A stretch of DNA of 64,000 nucleotides from an uncultured Pseudohongiella sp. (GTDB taxonomy: Bacteria > Pseudomonadota > Gammaproteobacteria > Pseudomonadales > Pseudohongiellaceae). The stretch spans positions 17-64,016 of the forward strand of contig CAYGRR010000004.1 in NCBI GenBank assembly GCA_964352295.1, given 5' to 3'. The notes beneath the pieces are model-generated. The model saw only the letters and a list, made by a program, of their open reading frames with translations. It had not been told where the DNA came from and did no database searches. Positions 36,222 to 45,870 of this stretch are shown piece by piece. Both the position numbers and the translations under genes were made by a program. The first letter of the stretch is position 1, and every line of letters begins with the position of its first letter.

Positions 36222-36475
36222 CGAGTAATAGTAGTCCTATTCTTACCTCTTAACTAGTCTAGAATCCTGACAAACGCCTGCAATGCCGCGCCAGCGCTGC
36301 GCTTGGACATTTATATCCGAATTAGTTCACAGTTTGATCCAAGTGCGGTGGCGGCACTATTGATTGTTCTAGGAGTGATGAACCGATAGAATTAACCCTG
36401 CCTGTTAATAGGCGGACTCGCAGCATCACTACCTTTGAGATTATTCAGTCTGAAAACCATCATCGAAACTCGATT

Positions 36476-39400
36476 GTGCCAATAACAATACAGAAATTTG
36501 GCTCTAAAGGAGCCGCATTAGCGATAGCCGCTTTGCTCTCTATTGGTCTTAGCTATGCGGACACAGTACCGATCGACCGTGCGTCTGATTTCCTGGCCAT
36601 TGCCAATGCTGTCGAATACTACGAGGACAGCTCCGAGTCGCTCACCATCGACGATGTGTTAGCACCCAATTTCAACGTCAACTTCATACCTCACGACGAG
36701 GATATCCTACACTTCGGCATTACCAGTTCTGCCTACTGGGTTAGGTTCAATCTCGACTGGTCTGCACTAGAACACTCCGAAAGCAAAATCTTGGAGTTTG
36801 GCCCTCCCAAGCTAGTGGCAGGCGTAATTCGTGGTGGCATCGAGCTTTTCGTCGTAGATGATGAGGGAGGGTTGGTATCTCGCTATACGTTAGGAACACA
36901 GGAGAACGCTAACGAGCTGAAAACGCTCAATCGCGGTTTTGCGCTGAAGATCAACAAAATGTACGGCGAGCACTTCTACCTGCGCGTAACGAGCGCGCGC
37001 CCGCTGCGATTGCCAATATCGCTATGGAGTGAAGAGGCGTTTCTGAAACAGTCTATAAGTTCCGATTCCGGACTAGGCTTACAATACGGCATTCTCATCG
37101 CGATGATTCTCTATAATCTTTTTCTCTACTTCTCTATTCGCGAGAGCAGCTATCTTTTCTATGTGACAACTATCGCCACGCAGGCGGCGTTCTTATTCCT
37201 AGACTCCAAACATCTGCGCTACCTATCAGACCAGCTCTATGCTGGTGCTTGGTGGGTGGATATGTCCGAGCGCATAATCTACCCGCTTATGGTCATTACT
37301 GCCCTCTTGTTTCAACGCTCTCTGCTCAAAATATGGGAGTACAACTTAAAGTTAGATACGGCTGTCAGAGTAATGATAGGCGGGTTCGTACTCGTAGCCT
37401 TACTGACATTTTTACCGAACGAGAAAATATTTCAGTATCTCTTGATAGTGTTGCTCGTTGCTGCCATCCCACTTGCTTTCTATAACAACATTGATGCGAT
37501 TCGCAGAGGCAATCTGACGGCGGCGGTACACATGGCTGCGATTGGCGTCTTTCTAGCGGGAACCATTATCTTAATGCTGCTGCAGCTCTGGCCTGGATTT
37601 CCCAGTAATGCCTTTACCAATAACGCCTACAATGGCGGCCTGATAATACAGTCGCTACTCCTCTCGCTCAGCCTTACAACGCAGTACAATCAGATCAAGC
37701 AAGAGAAGGAAGACGCGCAGCGCCAGGCAATCGACAATCTAGTGAAGTCTGAGAAAATAAAGGACGATCTCCTTGCAAACGTTTCACACGAACTTCGCAC
37801 ACCACTCTACGGCATCAATGGCTTGGCCGAAACTGCCTTAGTGGAGTTCAGATCGAACAATAACAATGCCGAGCTGGTGACGCAGAATCTGGAACTTATT
37901 CAGGCTAGTGGTGATCGACTCACAAAACTAGTAAACGACCTACTCGACTTCTCCAGCGCCAAAGAGGAAGCGGCCTACATTAAATTCCGGCCGGTAGACC
38001 TGAATAGCCTGTCCACTCTAGTCGTGGCTATATGCAAACCGATCATCGGCAACAAGAATATCGATCTTAGGGTAGATATAGATCCTGACTTGCCGCTAGT
38101 GGCTGGTGATGAAGACAGATTGCAGCAGATTCTAGTCAACCTCACGTCAAACGCCATCAAGTTCACCTACTCCGGAGAGGTTGTGATCTCGGCAGTGCTG
38201 ACATCCGAATATAACGTGAAGATCAGCGTGCGCGACACCGGTATCGGCATACACAAGACTGATCATGGCACCATTTTCAAGACATTCGAGAAGCTGCCCT
38301 CGCAACATTTAAACGCGTCTGGAATCGGCTTGGGATTGCCACTCGCGAAGAGTATGGTCGAATTACACCGCAGCGAACTGACCGTGGAAAGTGAGCTGGA
38401 CCTGGGCTCCACGTTTAGCTTCAATCTGCGCGTCTCACTAGACCAAACGCGAGCAATCAAGCCCCCGAGCATTCACAAGCAGATGATTCGACGTGCCGAC
38501 TATCTTCAGAAGGCCAACAAAGATCCCGAAGTACCGAAGCTGCGCAGCGAGCAAGACATAACCATACTGGTCGTAGACGATGACGAGATTAACCGAGTAG
38601 TAATGGGTCAGCAGCTGGACGAGTACAACGTTATAAAATGCTCGAATGGATTAGACGCGCTCACCGTTGTCGAGGGGCAGAAGCCCGACCTTATCTTGCT
38701 CGACCTTATGATGCCGGGCCTGAACGGATACGAGGTATGCCAGAAGCTACGACAGAAATATAGCCAGATAGAACTACCCATCATCCTCGTTACTGCGAAA
38801 AATCATCTGGAAGACCTCACGCAGGGCTTCAAGACAGGCGCGAACGATTACCTGGCCAAGCCATTTCATAACGAGGAGCTGCGCTCTAGAGTGGAGAACC
38901 AATTGCGGCTTAGCCTATTGCATAGAGTTAGCGAAGACAATCTGCGCATGCGGTCACAGATAGAGTCCTATGCAAAGGCTGACTCTGAACTACGCAGTTC
39001 ACGATTTAGGTTGCAACAGGTATTGGAATCCATTCACGCTGGATTTATCGCCTTTGAACTACCAGGGAAAATTTTCAGCCTCAATCAACGTGCTGCGGAA
39101 CTGCTTGGCACCGATCGCGAAGCTGTGCTGGACAAAGATATACGCACCCTATTCTCTGATGCGGCGATGAATAATGGAGTATTGCACGCACTCCAGAACT
39201 GGGAAGGCGGTGAAGATGACGAAGGGCTACAAGAGTCACTCCACAACAGCGCGTCAAGCTTGAGCTTGGATGTAGAAGTAATCTACCCCTATAGCAGCTC
39301 GAACAAGCCGTCGGCCAAGACAATTCAATTTAACAGTAAATTAAACCTATTCGGCAGCGATGAGGGTACCGGCGTTCTATTCCTCGAAGATACCGAACCC

Positions 39401-39937
39401 CTGAAGTCGTTAACCAGCAGCAAGATCGTTAACGACACTGTGGAACTGGTAAGCTTTCTCGGACAGGCACAGCAGAATATTCGCCGCATCGGCACTCGCT
39501 TGAGCGTGCTAACGCCATCGGAGATAACCGAACACCCAGCCTTGCTCGATAAACTGACGGGCATTGAAGACCTGATCAACTTTATCGATGAGCAGCTACC
39601 AAGCGTGAGTAGCGAGGGAGAGTATCGTCAACAGTTAGTCACTCTAATGCGCTCAGCCCTGCACACCTGGGAAGTCACGACGCAGAAATCCAAGATCGAG
39701 CTCGCCGAGGAAAGTAATATCTGGGCGGTAAGCATCGACGACGGTCGCCTAAGAACTCGAACCTTCGATCGCTATCTAAGGATCGAACAGCTGCCGAAGA
39801 TACCGCGCTGGCGCGAGGTCGTCAGAACCGCCTATTTCGTACTATCGAATCCAGCGATAGAACCCGAAACCCGAATGTCTCTCGAAACGGAACTCGAGAA
39901 GACCAAATCAATCCTGAAGAAGGCAGCGATTAGCTGA
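36476..39937 (+). CDS. Hybrid sensor histidine kinase/response regulator with 7TMR-DISM sensor, PAS and an uncharacterised C-terminal region
   Basis: 1153 aa: signal peptide, extracellular 7TMR-DISMED2-like domain, 7 TM segments, H-box VSHELRTPL, HATPase (GIGLGLP), REC (ILVVDDDEINR...LLDLMMPGLNG...K), a PAS-like segment, then about 200 aa that I could not assign. Confidence 0.85.
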   Translation: MPITIQKFGSKGAALAIAALLSIGLSYADTVPIDRASDFLAIANAVEYYEDSSESLTIDDVLAPNFNVNFIPHDEDILHFGITSSAYWVRFNLDWSALEHSESKILEFGPPKLVAGVIRGGIELFVVDDEGGLVSRYTLGTQENANELKTLNRGFALKINKMYGEHFYLRVTSARPLRLPISLWSEEAFLKQSISSDSGLGLQYGILIAMILYNLFLYFSIRESSYLFYVTTIATQAAFLFLDSKHLRYLSDQLYAGAWWVDMSERIIYPLMVITALLFQRSLLKIWEYNLKLDTAVRVMIGGFVLVALLTFLPNEKIFQYLLIVLLVAAIPLAFYNNIDAIRRGNLTAAVHMAAIGVFLAGTIILMLLQLWPGFPSNAFTNNAYNGGLIIQSLLLSLSLTTQYNQIKQEKEDAQRQAIDNLVKSEKIKDDLLANVSHELRTPLYGINGLAETALVEFRSNNNNAELVTQNLELIQASGDRLTKLVNDLLDFSSAKEEAAYIKFRPVDLNSLSTLVVAICKPIIGNKNIDLRVDIDPDLPLVAGDEDRLQQILVNLTSNAIKFTYSGEVVISAVLTSEYNVKISVRDTGIGIHKTDHGTIFKTFEKLPSQHLNASGIGLGLPLAKSMVELHRSELTVESELDLGSTFSFNLRVSLDQTRAIKPPSIHKQMIRRADYLQKANKDPEVPKLRSEQDITILVVDDDEINRVVMGQQLDEYNVIKCSNGLDALTVVEGQKPDLILLDLMMPGLNGYEVCQKLRQKYSQIELPIILVTAKNHLEDLTQGFKTGANDYLAKPFHNEELRSRVENQLRLSLLHRVSEDNLRMRSQIESYAKADSELRSSRFRLQQVLESIHAGFIAFELPGKIFSLNQRAAELLGTDREAVLDKDIRTLFSDAAMNNGVLHALQNWEGGEDDEGLQESLHNSASSLSLDVEVIYPYSSSNKPSAKTIQFNSKLNLFGSDEGTGVLFLEDTEPLKSLTSSKIVNDTVELVSFLGQAQQNIRRIGTRLSVLTPSEITEHPALLDKLTGIEDLINFIDEQLPSVSSEGEYRQQLVTLMRSALHTWEVTTQKSKIELAEESNIWAVSIDDGRLRTRTFDRYLRIEQLPKIPRWREVVRTAYFVLSNPAIEPETRMSLETELEKTKSILKKAAIS

Positions 39938-40116
39938 CGCTAGCGCGCACGGATCTAGTCCTCAGCATTCCCTTCATGGCCCAGATTGGTTACCCTTACT
40001 TTGAGAAACGCTTGTGAGAATATTTCTTCACGAATAGGGCGGGTCTCCAGGACTAGCCCCCTGCTTTAGCAGCTATCCACACAGCGGACGACATTGGACC
40101 CAATTCCCCGATCACT

Positions 40117-40980
40117 ATGTACATACAACACTTCGGCCTAGCCCAATATCCATTCTCACTCTCTCCGGATACTCGGTATTTCTTGAAATTGCCAAGCCAT
40201 CAACGCGCCTTCGATTTCATCGTCGAGGCGCTTCGTGGCGATAGCTGCTTCACGAAAATCACTGGTGAGGTAGGAACCGGCAAGACCATGCTGTGTCGCA
40301 AAGTCTTGGGCGCACTTGGGGCGCACGACAACAAATACAGTACGGTATTTATCCCCAATCCAGTCCTCGATGAAGAAGGAACCATGCATGCCGTCGCCGA
40401 GGAGTTAGGCCTAAGTGTACGTAACGATGCCAGCTACTATGAATTGCTCAAAATTATCAGCGAAGAAGTGATACGACTCTGCGCGCTGGGCAAAACGGTC
40501 GTACTGTTCATCGACGAAGCGCAGGCTATGACAGAAGAATCCCTCGAGGCTATTCGCCTACTGACAACCATCAAGAATAGCCCGAGTGGGCCCACACCAC
40601 TGAGAGTCATACTCTTCGCCCAACCCGAGCTAGACGAGTTGTTACTGCGCCCTGCTCTGCGCGAATTGAATCGCGACATAAGCGAAAGCTATCAGTTATC
40701 GACATTGGATAGGGACGGCGTCGAGACCTATCTAAACCATCGCCTCAGCAAGGCGGGATATCATGGCTCGAGCCTGTTCTCGCAGAAGGCGGTGGAGCTG
40801 ATTTACCGTGGCTCCGGCGGGATTCCAAGACTCGTCAACATACTCGCCCATAAATCGATGATGGTAGCCTTTGGTAAAGGCGATCGCTCATTAACAGACG
40901 TACACATCAAGCTTGCTATCGAGGACACGGAAACGGCAAAGCAGCAAAATAGTAGCGGTAAACGATTCTTCTCGGGCTGA
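40117..40980 (+). CDS. ExeA/MshM-like AAA ATPase
   Basis: N-terminus HFGLAQYPFSLSPDTRYF, Walker A GEVGTGKT, Walker B LFIDEAQ. It lacks the ExeA C-terminal peptidoglycan-binding part. Confidence 0.8.
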   Translation: MYIQHFGLAQYPFSLSPDTRYFLKLPSHQRAFDFIVEALRGDSCFTKITGEVGTGKTMLCRKVLGALGAHDNKYSTVFIPNPVLDEEGTMHAVAEELGLSVRNDASYYELLKIISEEVIRLCALGKTVVLFIDEAQAMTEESLEAIRLLTTIKNSPSGPTPLRVILFAQPELDELLLRPALRELNRDISESYQLSTLDRDGVETYLNHRLSKAGYHGSSLFSQKAVELIYRGSGGIPRLVNILAHKSMMVAFGKGDRSLTDVHIKLAIEDTETAKQQNSSGKRFFSG

Positions 40981-41055
40981 TGTCCGCCGGCCATTGATCA
41001 CGGCGAATTCGCCCCAATGTTAACTCTCACCACCGCGATGCTAGTGGCCATTTAT

Positions 41056-41083
41056 TTGTATCAACGCGCCTAACCCTTATAAT
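41056..41083 (+). promoter_or_regulatory. Sigma70-type promoter upstream of cysE
   Basis: TTGTAT, a 16-nt spacer, then TATAAT, 33 nt before the ATG. Confidence 0.45.
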
Positions 41084-41115
41084 CGGCCCACCTCACCTGA
41101 TCTGGAAACTAGACT

Positions 41116-41892
41116 ATGCCCCAAGAGCTCTGGCAAAAACTCAAATCTGAAGCCCAACAGGTTGTTAGGCAGGAGCCGCTACTAGCGAGCTACGTCTACG
41201 CTTGCGTGCTAAATCACGACAGCCTGCAATCTGCCCTAAGCTTCATCCTCGCTAATAAGCTATCCGATGAGGTAATGCCCGCGGCAACAATGCGAGAGTT
41301 GTTCGACAGGGCCTTCAAAGAATCACCGGATATTATCGATGACGCCGCGGCCGACATAAACGCGGTGTTCGATAGAGATGCTGCTGTGAGTACGCATCTA
41401 GCCGTTATTCTATATATGAAAGGCTTTCAATCGATTCAGGTTCATCGATTGGCACATTTCCTTTGGGGCAACAATCGCATGGAGCTTGCCCTATTTATGC
41501 AGAGCCGAAATTCAGAAGTCTTCGGTGTGGACATTCATCCTGCCTGCAAGATGGGCAGCGGCATCATGTTTGACCATGCAACCGGCATCGTTATTGGCGA
41601 GACTTCGGTTATCGAAGACAACGTCTCGATTCTGCAACAGGTCACCCTCGGTGGAACGGGAAATGAGAAAGGTGATCGACACCCCAAGATTCGTTCGGGC
41701 GTGTTAATCTCGGCGGGAGCCACGGTCCTAGGTAACATCGAAATCGGCACCGGAGCCAAGATTGGCGCCGGCAGCGTAGTACTAAGCAATGTTGCACCGC
41801 ATACCACTGTGGTCGGCATCCCTGCAAAGGCGACTGGTAAACCTTGTACAGAGAATCCGTCCGAGACAATGAACCAAAGCTTCTTCGACTGA
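41116..41892 (+). CDS. cysE: Serine O-acetyltransferase
   Basis: SATase N-terminal helical domain and hexapeptide repeats (DIHPACKMGSGIMFDHATGIVIGETSVIEDNVSILQQVTLGG). Confidence 0.9.
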   Translation: MPQELWQKLKSEAQQVVRQEPLLASYVYACVLNHDSLQSALSFILANKLSDEVMPAATMRELFDRAFKESPDIIDDAAADINAVFDRDAAVSTHLAVILYMKGFQSIQVHRLAHFLWGNNRMELALFMQSRNSEVFGVDIHPACKMGSGIMFDHATGIVIGETSVIEDNVSILQQVTLGGTGNEKGDRHPKIRSGVLISAGATVLGNIEIGTGAKIGAGSVVLSNVAPHTTVVGIPAKATGKPCTENPSETMNQSFFD

Positions 41893-41931
41893 CAGGCGCA
41901 GAGCTGAGCAGCTTAAGTCTTAGTCAGCAAG

Positions 41932-43347
41932 TTACAGATGCTCCTCCGCGAATTTCGCCAGAGCGGATCGCGGGACCCCCCTTAGCAGGACATTTCCTCC
42001 CTGACGAAAACTCTTGAAACGTTCCGTTAGGTACGTGAGCCCCGAGCTCGTCGCGGTTAGGTAGGGCGTATCGATCTGCGCAAGATTTCCAAGGCAGATG
42101 ACCTTCGAACCGGTGCCTGCCCTGGTCACGATGGTCTTAATCTGATGCGGGGTTAGATTCTGCGATTCATCGACAATGATAAGGCTCCCCTGAAACGATC
42201 TGCCACGTATATAATTTAGCGATTTGAAGCGAAGTGGCACCTTGTTCATTACGTATTCGATACTACTGCTGCAGTTCTCATCGTCCCAATGCAGCGCCTC
42301 CAGGTTATCGGTGATCGCACCAAGCCAGGGCTCCATTTTCTCTTCTTCAGTCCCCGGCAGAAAGCCAATATCCTCATCCAATGATTGGGTGCTTCGCGTT
42401 ACTATGATGCGACGGTAGGTATGATTCGGCACTGTCTGTTCTATGCTGGCCGCTAGAGCCAAGATAGTTTTTCCCGACCCGGCAGAGCCGGTGAGATTCA
42501 CCAAATGCACGTCCGGATCCATCAGCAAATTAATTGCCATGGCTTGATAGATATCTTGCGGATACAAGCCCCAAGTCTCTGTCGCCAGCATTTTTTCCAG
42601 ATCGAGGTGCAAGAGCCGCACCTTCTCTTCATTGACATCGACTACCCGCGCAAGGAAACCGGCCGCATCGAATAGAAATTGATTAGGGTACAGCGGCTCA
42701 TCAAAATTCGAACGCGCTAGCTCATGGTAGGTGCGTCCCTCCCGCTGAATTGTCTGCACTTCTTCAACACGCTCCCAGAAAGAACCAGGAAATTCTGTAT
42801 AGCCCTTGCTCAACTGTTCGATGTCGCTGAGCAGCTGATCACTGTGATAGTCCTGCGACTCTATCCCGCAGCCCCTAGCCTTCAAGCGGACATTGATGTC
42901 TTTGGTTACTAGCACGACCCGGCGGCTTGGATTGCTGTGCTTGAGAAAGCCCACGTCATTGAGGATTTTATTGTCGTTGAGATGGGTGGGAAGCATGACA
43001 ATATTTTCCGGAACTTCCGTCATGAGTACCGAGAGCGTTCCACTGTGTCCTCCCTCTCCGCCGCGGGGAATAACGACGCCTGTTTCAACATCACCTGGGC
43101 TGGCACGACCTAACAGTTTGTCCAATTCACGAATCGCTTGGCGGCAGTCTGCTGCGATTGATTGACGCCCACTCTTCAGCGAGTCCAACTCCTCGAGGAC
43201 TGTAATGGGAATAACTACGTGGTGCTCATCGAAATTCAGTATCGCGGTGGGGTCGTGAATAAGAACGTTGGTATCGAGTACATAGAATATAGGGTTGGGG
43301 GAAACAGAGCGGTCAGAAGAATCCATGGCAACATTCACATCACTCAT
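41932..43347 (-). CDS. PhoH2-type protein (N-terminal PIN domain fused to PhoH-like ATPase; YlaK-like)
   Basis: PIN start YVLDTNVLIHD. PhoH Walker A GSAGSGKT and IIVDESQNLTPHQIKT. Confidence 0.85.
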   Translation of the reverse strand: MSDVNVAMDSSDRSVSPNPIFYVLDTNVLIHDPTAILNFDEHHVVIPITVLEELDSLKSGRQSIAADCRQAIRELDKLLGRASPGDVETGVVIPRGGEGGHSGTLSVLMTEVPENIVMLPTHLNDNKILNDVGFLKHSNPSRRVVLVTKDINVRLKARGCGIESQDYHSDQLLSDIEQLSKGYTEFPGSFWERVEEVQTIQREGRTYHELARSNFDEPLYPNQFLFDAAGFLARVVDVNEEKVRLLHLDLEKMLATETWGLYPQDIYQAMAINLLMDPDVHLVNLTGSAGSGKTILALAASIEQTVPNHTYRRIIVTRSTQSLDEDIGFLPGTEEEKMEPWLGAITDNLEALHWDDENCSSSIEYVMNKVPLRFKSLNYIRGRSFQGSLIIVDESQNLTPHQIKTIVTRAGTGSKVICLGNLAQIDTPYLTATSSGLTYLTERFKSFRQGGNVLLRGVPRSALAKFAEEHL

Positions 43348-43578
43348 AAATCAATACTCCTAGGCTAAAATTTTTACTACATTGCTTTACTGTTCACGGA
43401 CTGGCCTGCGGCCTTGTTTCCTCCTGTATTGATAAAATTAAAAGAGCTTTGCCTTACCTAAATAAGTCGGCAAGGCCACAAGAAAACTTAGCCCGGACGG
43501 AGCGAACAGATCGCTCGAAAATTGCAGGGGGGAGATGGTGGAGGTAGCTAGTAACGCGCTGCTCCATAGTACAGTCGG

Positions 43579-44955
43579 CTAATCGCTAGCGAGATGGTAT
43601 TTTAGTATGCCGCTAGCTTGCCGGGGCTCACCATCGACTATTCTGGGGCGGAAGGTCAAACTATTCAGCTTCTCAAGTAGCTCGAGCTCCTGCTCTGAGG
43701 CCGGATCGAAATAGTGAGAGAGCAATTCTGCCTGTTCTATCATGTTCACTGTGCTACTGAAGCGATGACTATACCACCGAGACACCTTGTTCACCCCCGC
43801 CAGACTGAACGAGAACAGCGCGAAATTCGAATCCACCGACCTGGCCTCACTGGAAAAATCGGGAATAGGATTGCGAACATTAGGAAGCGCCGCTGACCAT
43901 TCATTGAAAGAGAGATAGGAATTGTCGCTCTCGTCCTGGGGGGTCACCATCTTGGCTCGATGCGCAGTTACTGCCGCCTCGACGCTGGGGTAAAATTCTG
44001 TATCGGGTATCACCTGCGGTTTGTCGAAGAATTCAAATAACAGATCAGAATCAACACCGGCAGTTACAAACTCCTGATATGCCTGACTATAGGTCGCTGT
44101 CGCCTCCGCTGGCTGATCAAAGAGGATATGCCAGTCCGCGAGGTACACATTAACCATCGCCAAAGCTTCGGGTGATGGCGACTCATTCTGGGCATAGATC
44201 GTAAAAAGCTTGTTTATTAAGCCCAGTCCAGTCAGGTAGAAGCCCTCTTCTACGTCGGTACGAACACGCATGATTTCAGACCCCGGTGCGACCTGCCGGA
44301 GAACATAGCTAGTTGGGCCACCAGCCCATAGAGCAACGGTCTGAAGATGCAGCTGGCTGAGCTGTTCGTAGATAATCGGAACGAGCCGCTCATCTGCGGG
44401 GCCCCAGAGGGTCTCCCCCACTCCTATTGCCAGCCATTTGATCTGCAGTGACTTCCTGAAATGCTCGCCCTGAAACAGGACATCGTCCTCCGCTACCGCC
44501 CGAAGGTGCACACGGGAGAGCTCCATTAGGTCATCGATAAGAGCCTCGTTAATCTTGACGCTCTTATTCGTATAGAGCCAGAGCAGGTGATTCATGCTCA
44601 CTCGCGCGCCATCCCAGTCGCTGCGATTGGCATAGTTTTCGATCTTCTTCTCAAGCAGGGGCCGCTGAAATTCAGTGTAGAGGCCGCCCTCAATGCGAGC
44701 TATTTGCATCGCTCGATCGAGCATGGAATGCGCCTCATCGAACTGCCGCAATTCGATCAGCTGATCTGCCAACTGCTCTAATGGCTCGATAAGGCTAACG
44801 TCCATAGCACCAAATTGGTCTTGCCGCGCACTCAGCAAGGCTCGAGCACGCACCAATTCATCTACAGAATCCAGGGAATCATCGGCCTGCCCGAAAACAA
44901 GGCCTGAGGACATTGTCAGAAATGTAAGCATGGCTGCTGTGTATAGCGTCTTCAT
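43579..44955 (-). CDS. Secreted hypothetical protein, helical-repeat N-terminal part and TonB-C-like C-terminal end
   Basis: Signal peptide, TPR-like helical region, and a C-terminal segment (FSFSLAGVNKV...LTFRPRIVDGEPRQASG) resembling the TonB C-terminal fold. Weak call. Confidence 0.4.
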   Translation of the reverse strand: MKTLYTAAMLTFLTMSSGLVFGQADDSLDSVDELVRARALLSARQDQFGAMDVSLIEPLEQLADQLIELRQFDEAHSMLDRAMQIARIEGGLYTEFQRPLLEKKIENYANRSDWDGARVSMNHLLWLYTNKSVKINEALIDDLMELSRVHLRAVAEDDVLFQGEHFRKSLQIKWLAIGVGETLWGPADERLVPIIYEQLSQLHLQTVALWAGGPTSYVLRQVAPGSEIMRVRTDVEEGFYLTGLGLINKLFTIYAQNESPSPEALAMVNVYLADWHILFDQPAEATATYSQAYQEFVTAGVDSDLLFEFFDKPQVIPDTEFYPSVEAAVTAHRAKMVTPQDESDNSYLSFNEWSAALPNVRNPIPDFSSEARSVDSNFALFSFSLAGVNKVSRWYSHRFSSTVNMIEQAELLSHYFDPASEQELELLEKLNSLTFRPRIVDGEPRQASGILKYHLASD

Positions 44956-45133
44956 CGTGATTCTCGGCCCAACTCTTTACGCCAGATTGAATAGCGGGCG
45001 GCATCGTGCTGATATAGCTACTAGCCAACCATCCCCGAGCCTCTACCTACGGGCGCTCCCGAGTCGCTATTTGTTTATCGCTTGATTATACTCGATCAGA
45101 CTATTACAAAATGGCTAGTTTTAGGAGAGTAAT

Positions 45134-45562
45134 GTGAACAAAATCAGCAAATTTATCGGCTTTTCGCTTCTTTCACTGGTAGTTGGCCTAGGTGCCGGGA
45201 TCTCAATAGGCTCGTCTGCGCAGGGAAATGAGAAGGTGTATGAGCTTAGAATCTACACGGCAACTCCGGGCAATTTGAGCAATCTTCATGCTCGGTTTCG
45301 CGACCATACTATTCGAATATTCGGCAATCACGGAATGAAGGTCGTCGGCTTCTGGTCTCCAACAAGCGAAGAAGAGGCCGATGACACATTAATCTACGTA
45401 CTAGAGCACGCTAGTCAGGAGGCAGCAAACGCATCGTGGCGAGCATTCGGACAAGATCCGGAATGGAAATCGGTGTCCGACGCCTCCAACGCAAATGGAC
45501 AGATATTGGCGGGTGTAGAGCGACGCTATATGACAGCTACAGACTATTCGCCACTAAAATAA
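45134..45562 (+). CDS. NIPSNAP family protein with N-terminal signal/anchor
   Basis: YELRIYTATPGNLSNLHARFRDHTIRIFGNHGMKVVGFW is NIPSNAP-like. GTG start with an AGGAG SD. Confidence 0.75.
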   Translation: MNKISKFIGFSLLSLVVGLGAGISIGSSAQGNEKVYELRIYTATPGNLSNLHARFRDHTIRIFGNHGMKVVGFWSPTSEEEADDTLIYVLEHASQEAANASWRAFGQDPEWKSVSDASNANGQILAGVERRYMTATDYSPLK

Positions 45563-45604
45563 ACGTCAACACAGAGCCACGTGGGCGCTTACAGAGCTCC
45601 AAAC

Positions 45605-45634
45605 AAAAAGGGATAGCCGCTGCTATCCCTTTTT
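45605..45634. terminator. Bidirectional rho-independent terminator
   Basis: AAAAA-GGGATAGC-CGCT-GCTATCCC-TTTTT between convergent units. Confidence 0.8.
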
Positions 45635-45667
45635 CGTGTTTATAAAGCAAGCTGGCTGTGGCGCTAA

Positions 45668-45838
45668 TTAGAATTCTAGAGGGTTATTAAAGAGCTTTAA
45701 TGAACCGTAGGCCAATTCCAGCAACTCCATGGTAGAGCGGCCTTCGCCTATCCAATAGAACACTAAGCCGCCCAACATGATCGCCGCCGCACTCATCGCC
45801 GCAATCGTCTTGTCATCCCATTTGCTGCTATCGTTCAT
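45668..45838 (-). CDS. Unlisted 56-aa single-TM small protein
   Basis: My own translation: MNDSSKWDDKTIAAMSAAAIMLGGLVFYWIGEGRSTMELLELAYGSLKLFNNPLEF. AGGAG SD 6 nt upstream. 32 nt after the preceding gene. Below the ORF-track length cutoff. Confidence 0.5.
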   Translation of the reverse strand: MNDSSKWDDKTIAAMSAAAIMLGGLVFYWIGEGRSTMELLELAYGSLKLFNNPLEF

Positions 45839-45870
45839 ACTTACTCCTAAAGGAACTATTCACGGGCCTG

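Noticed and set aside
43440-43480. Possible terminator hairpin after the 43579 gene.
   Set aside because: The stem is only 5 bp with a 15-nt loop, which is not convincing.
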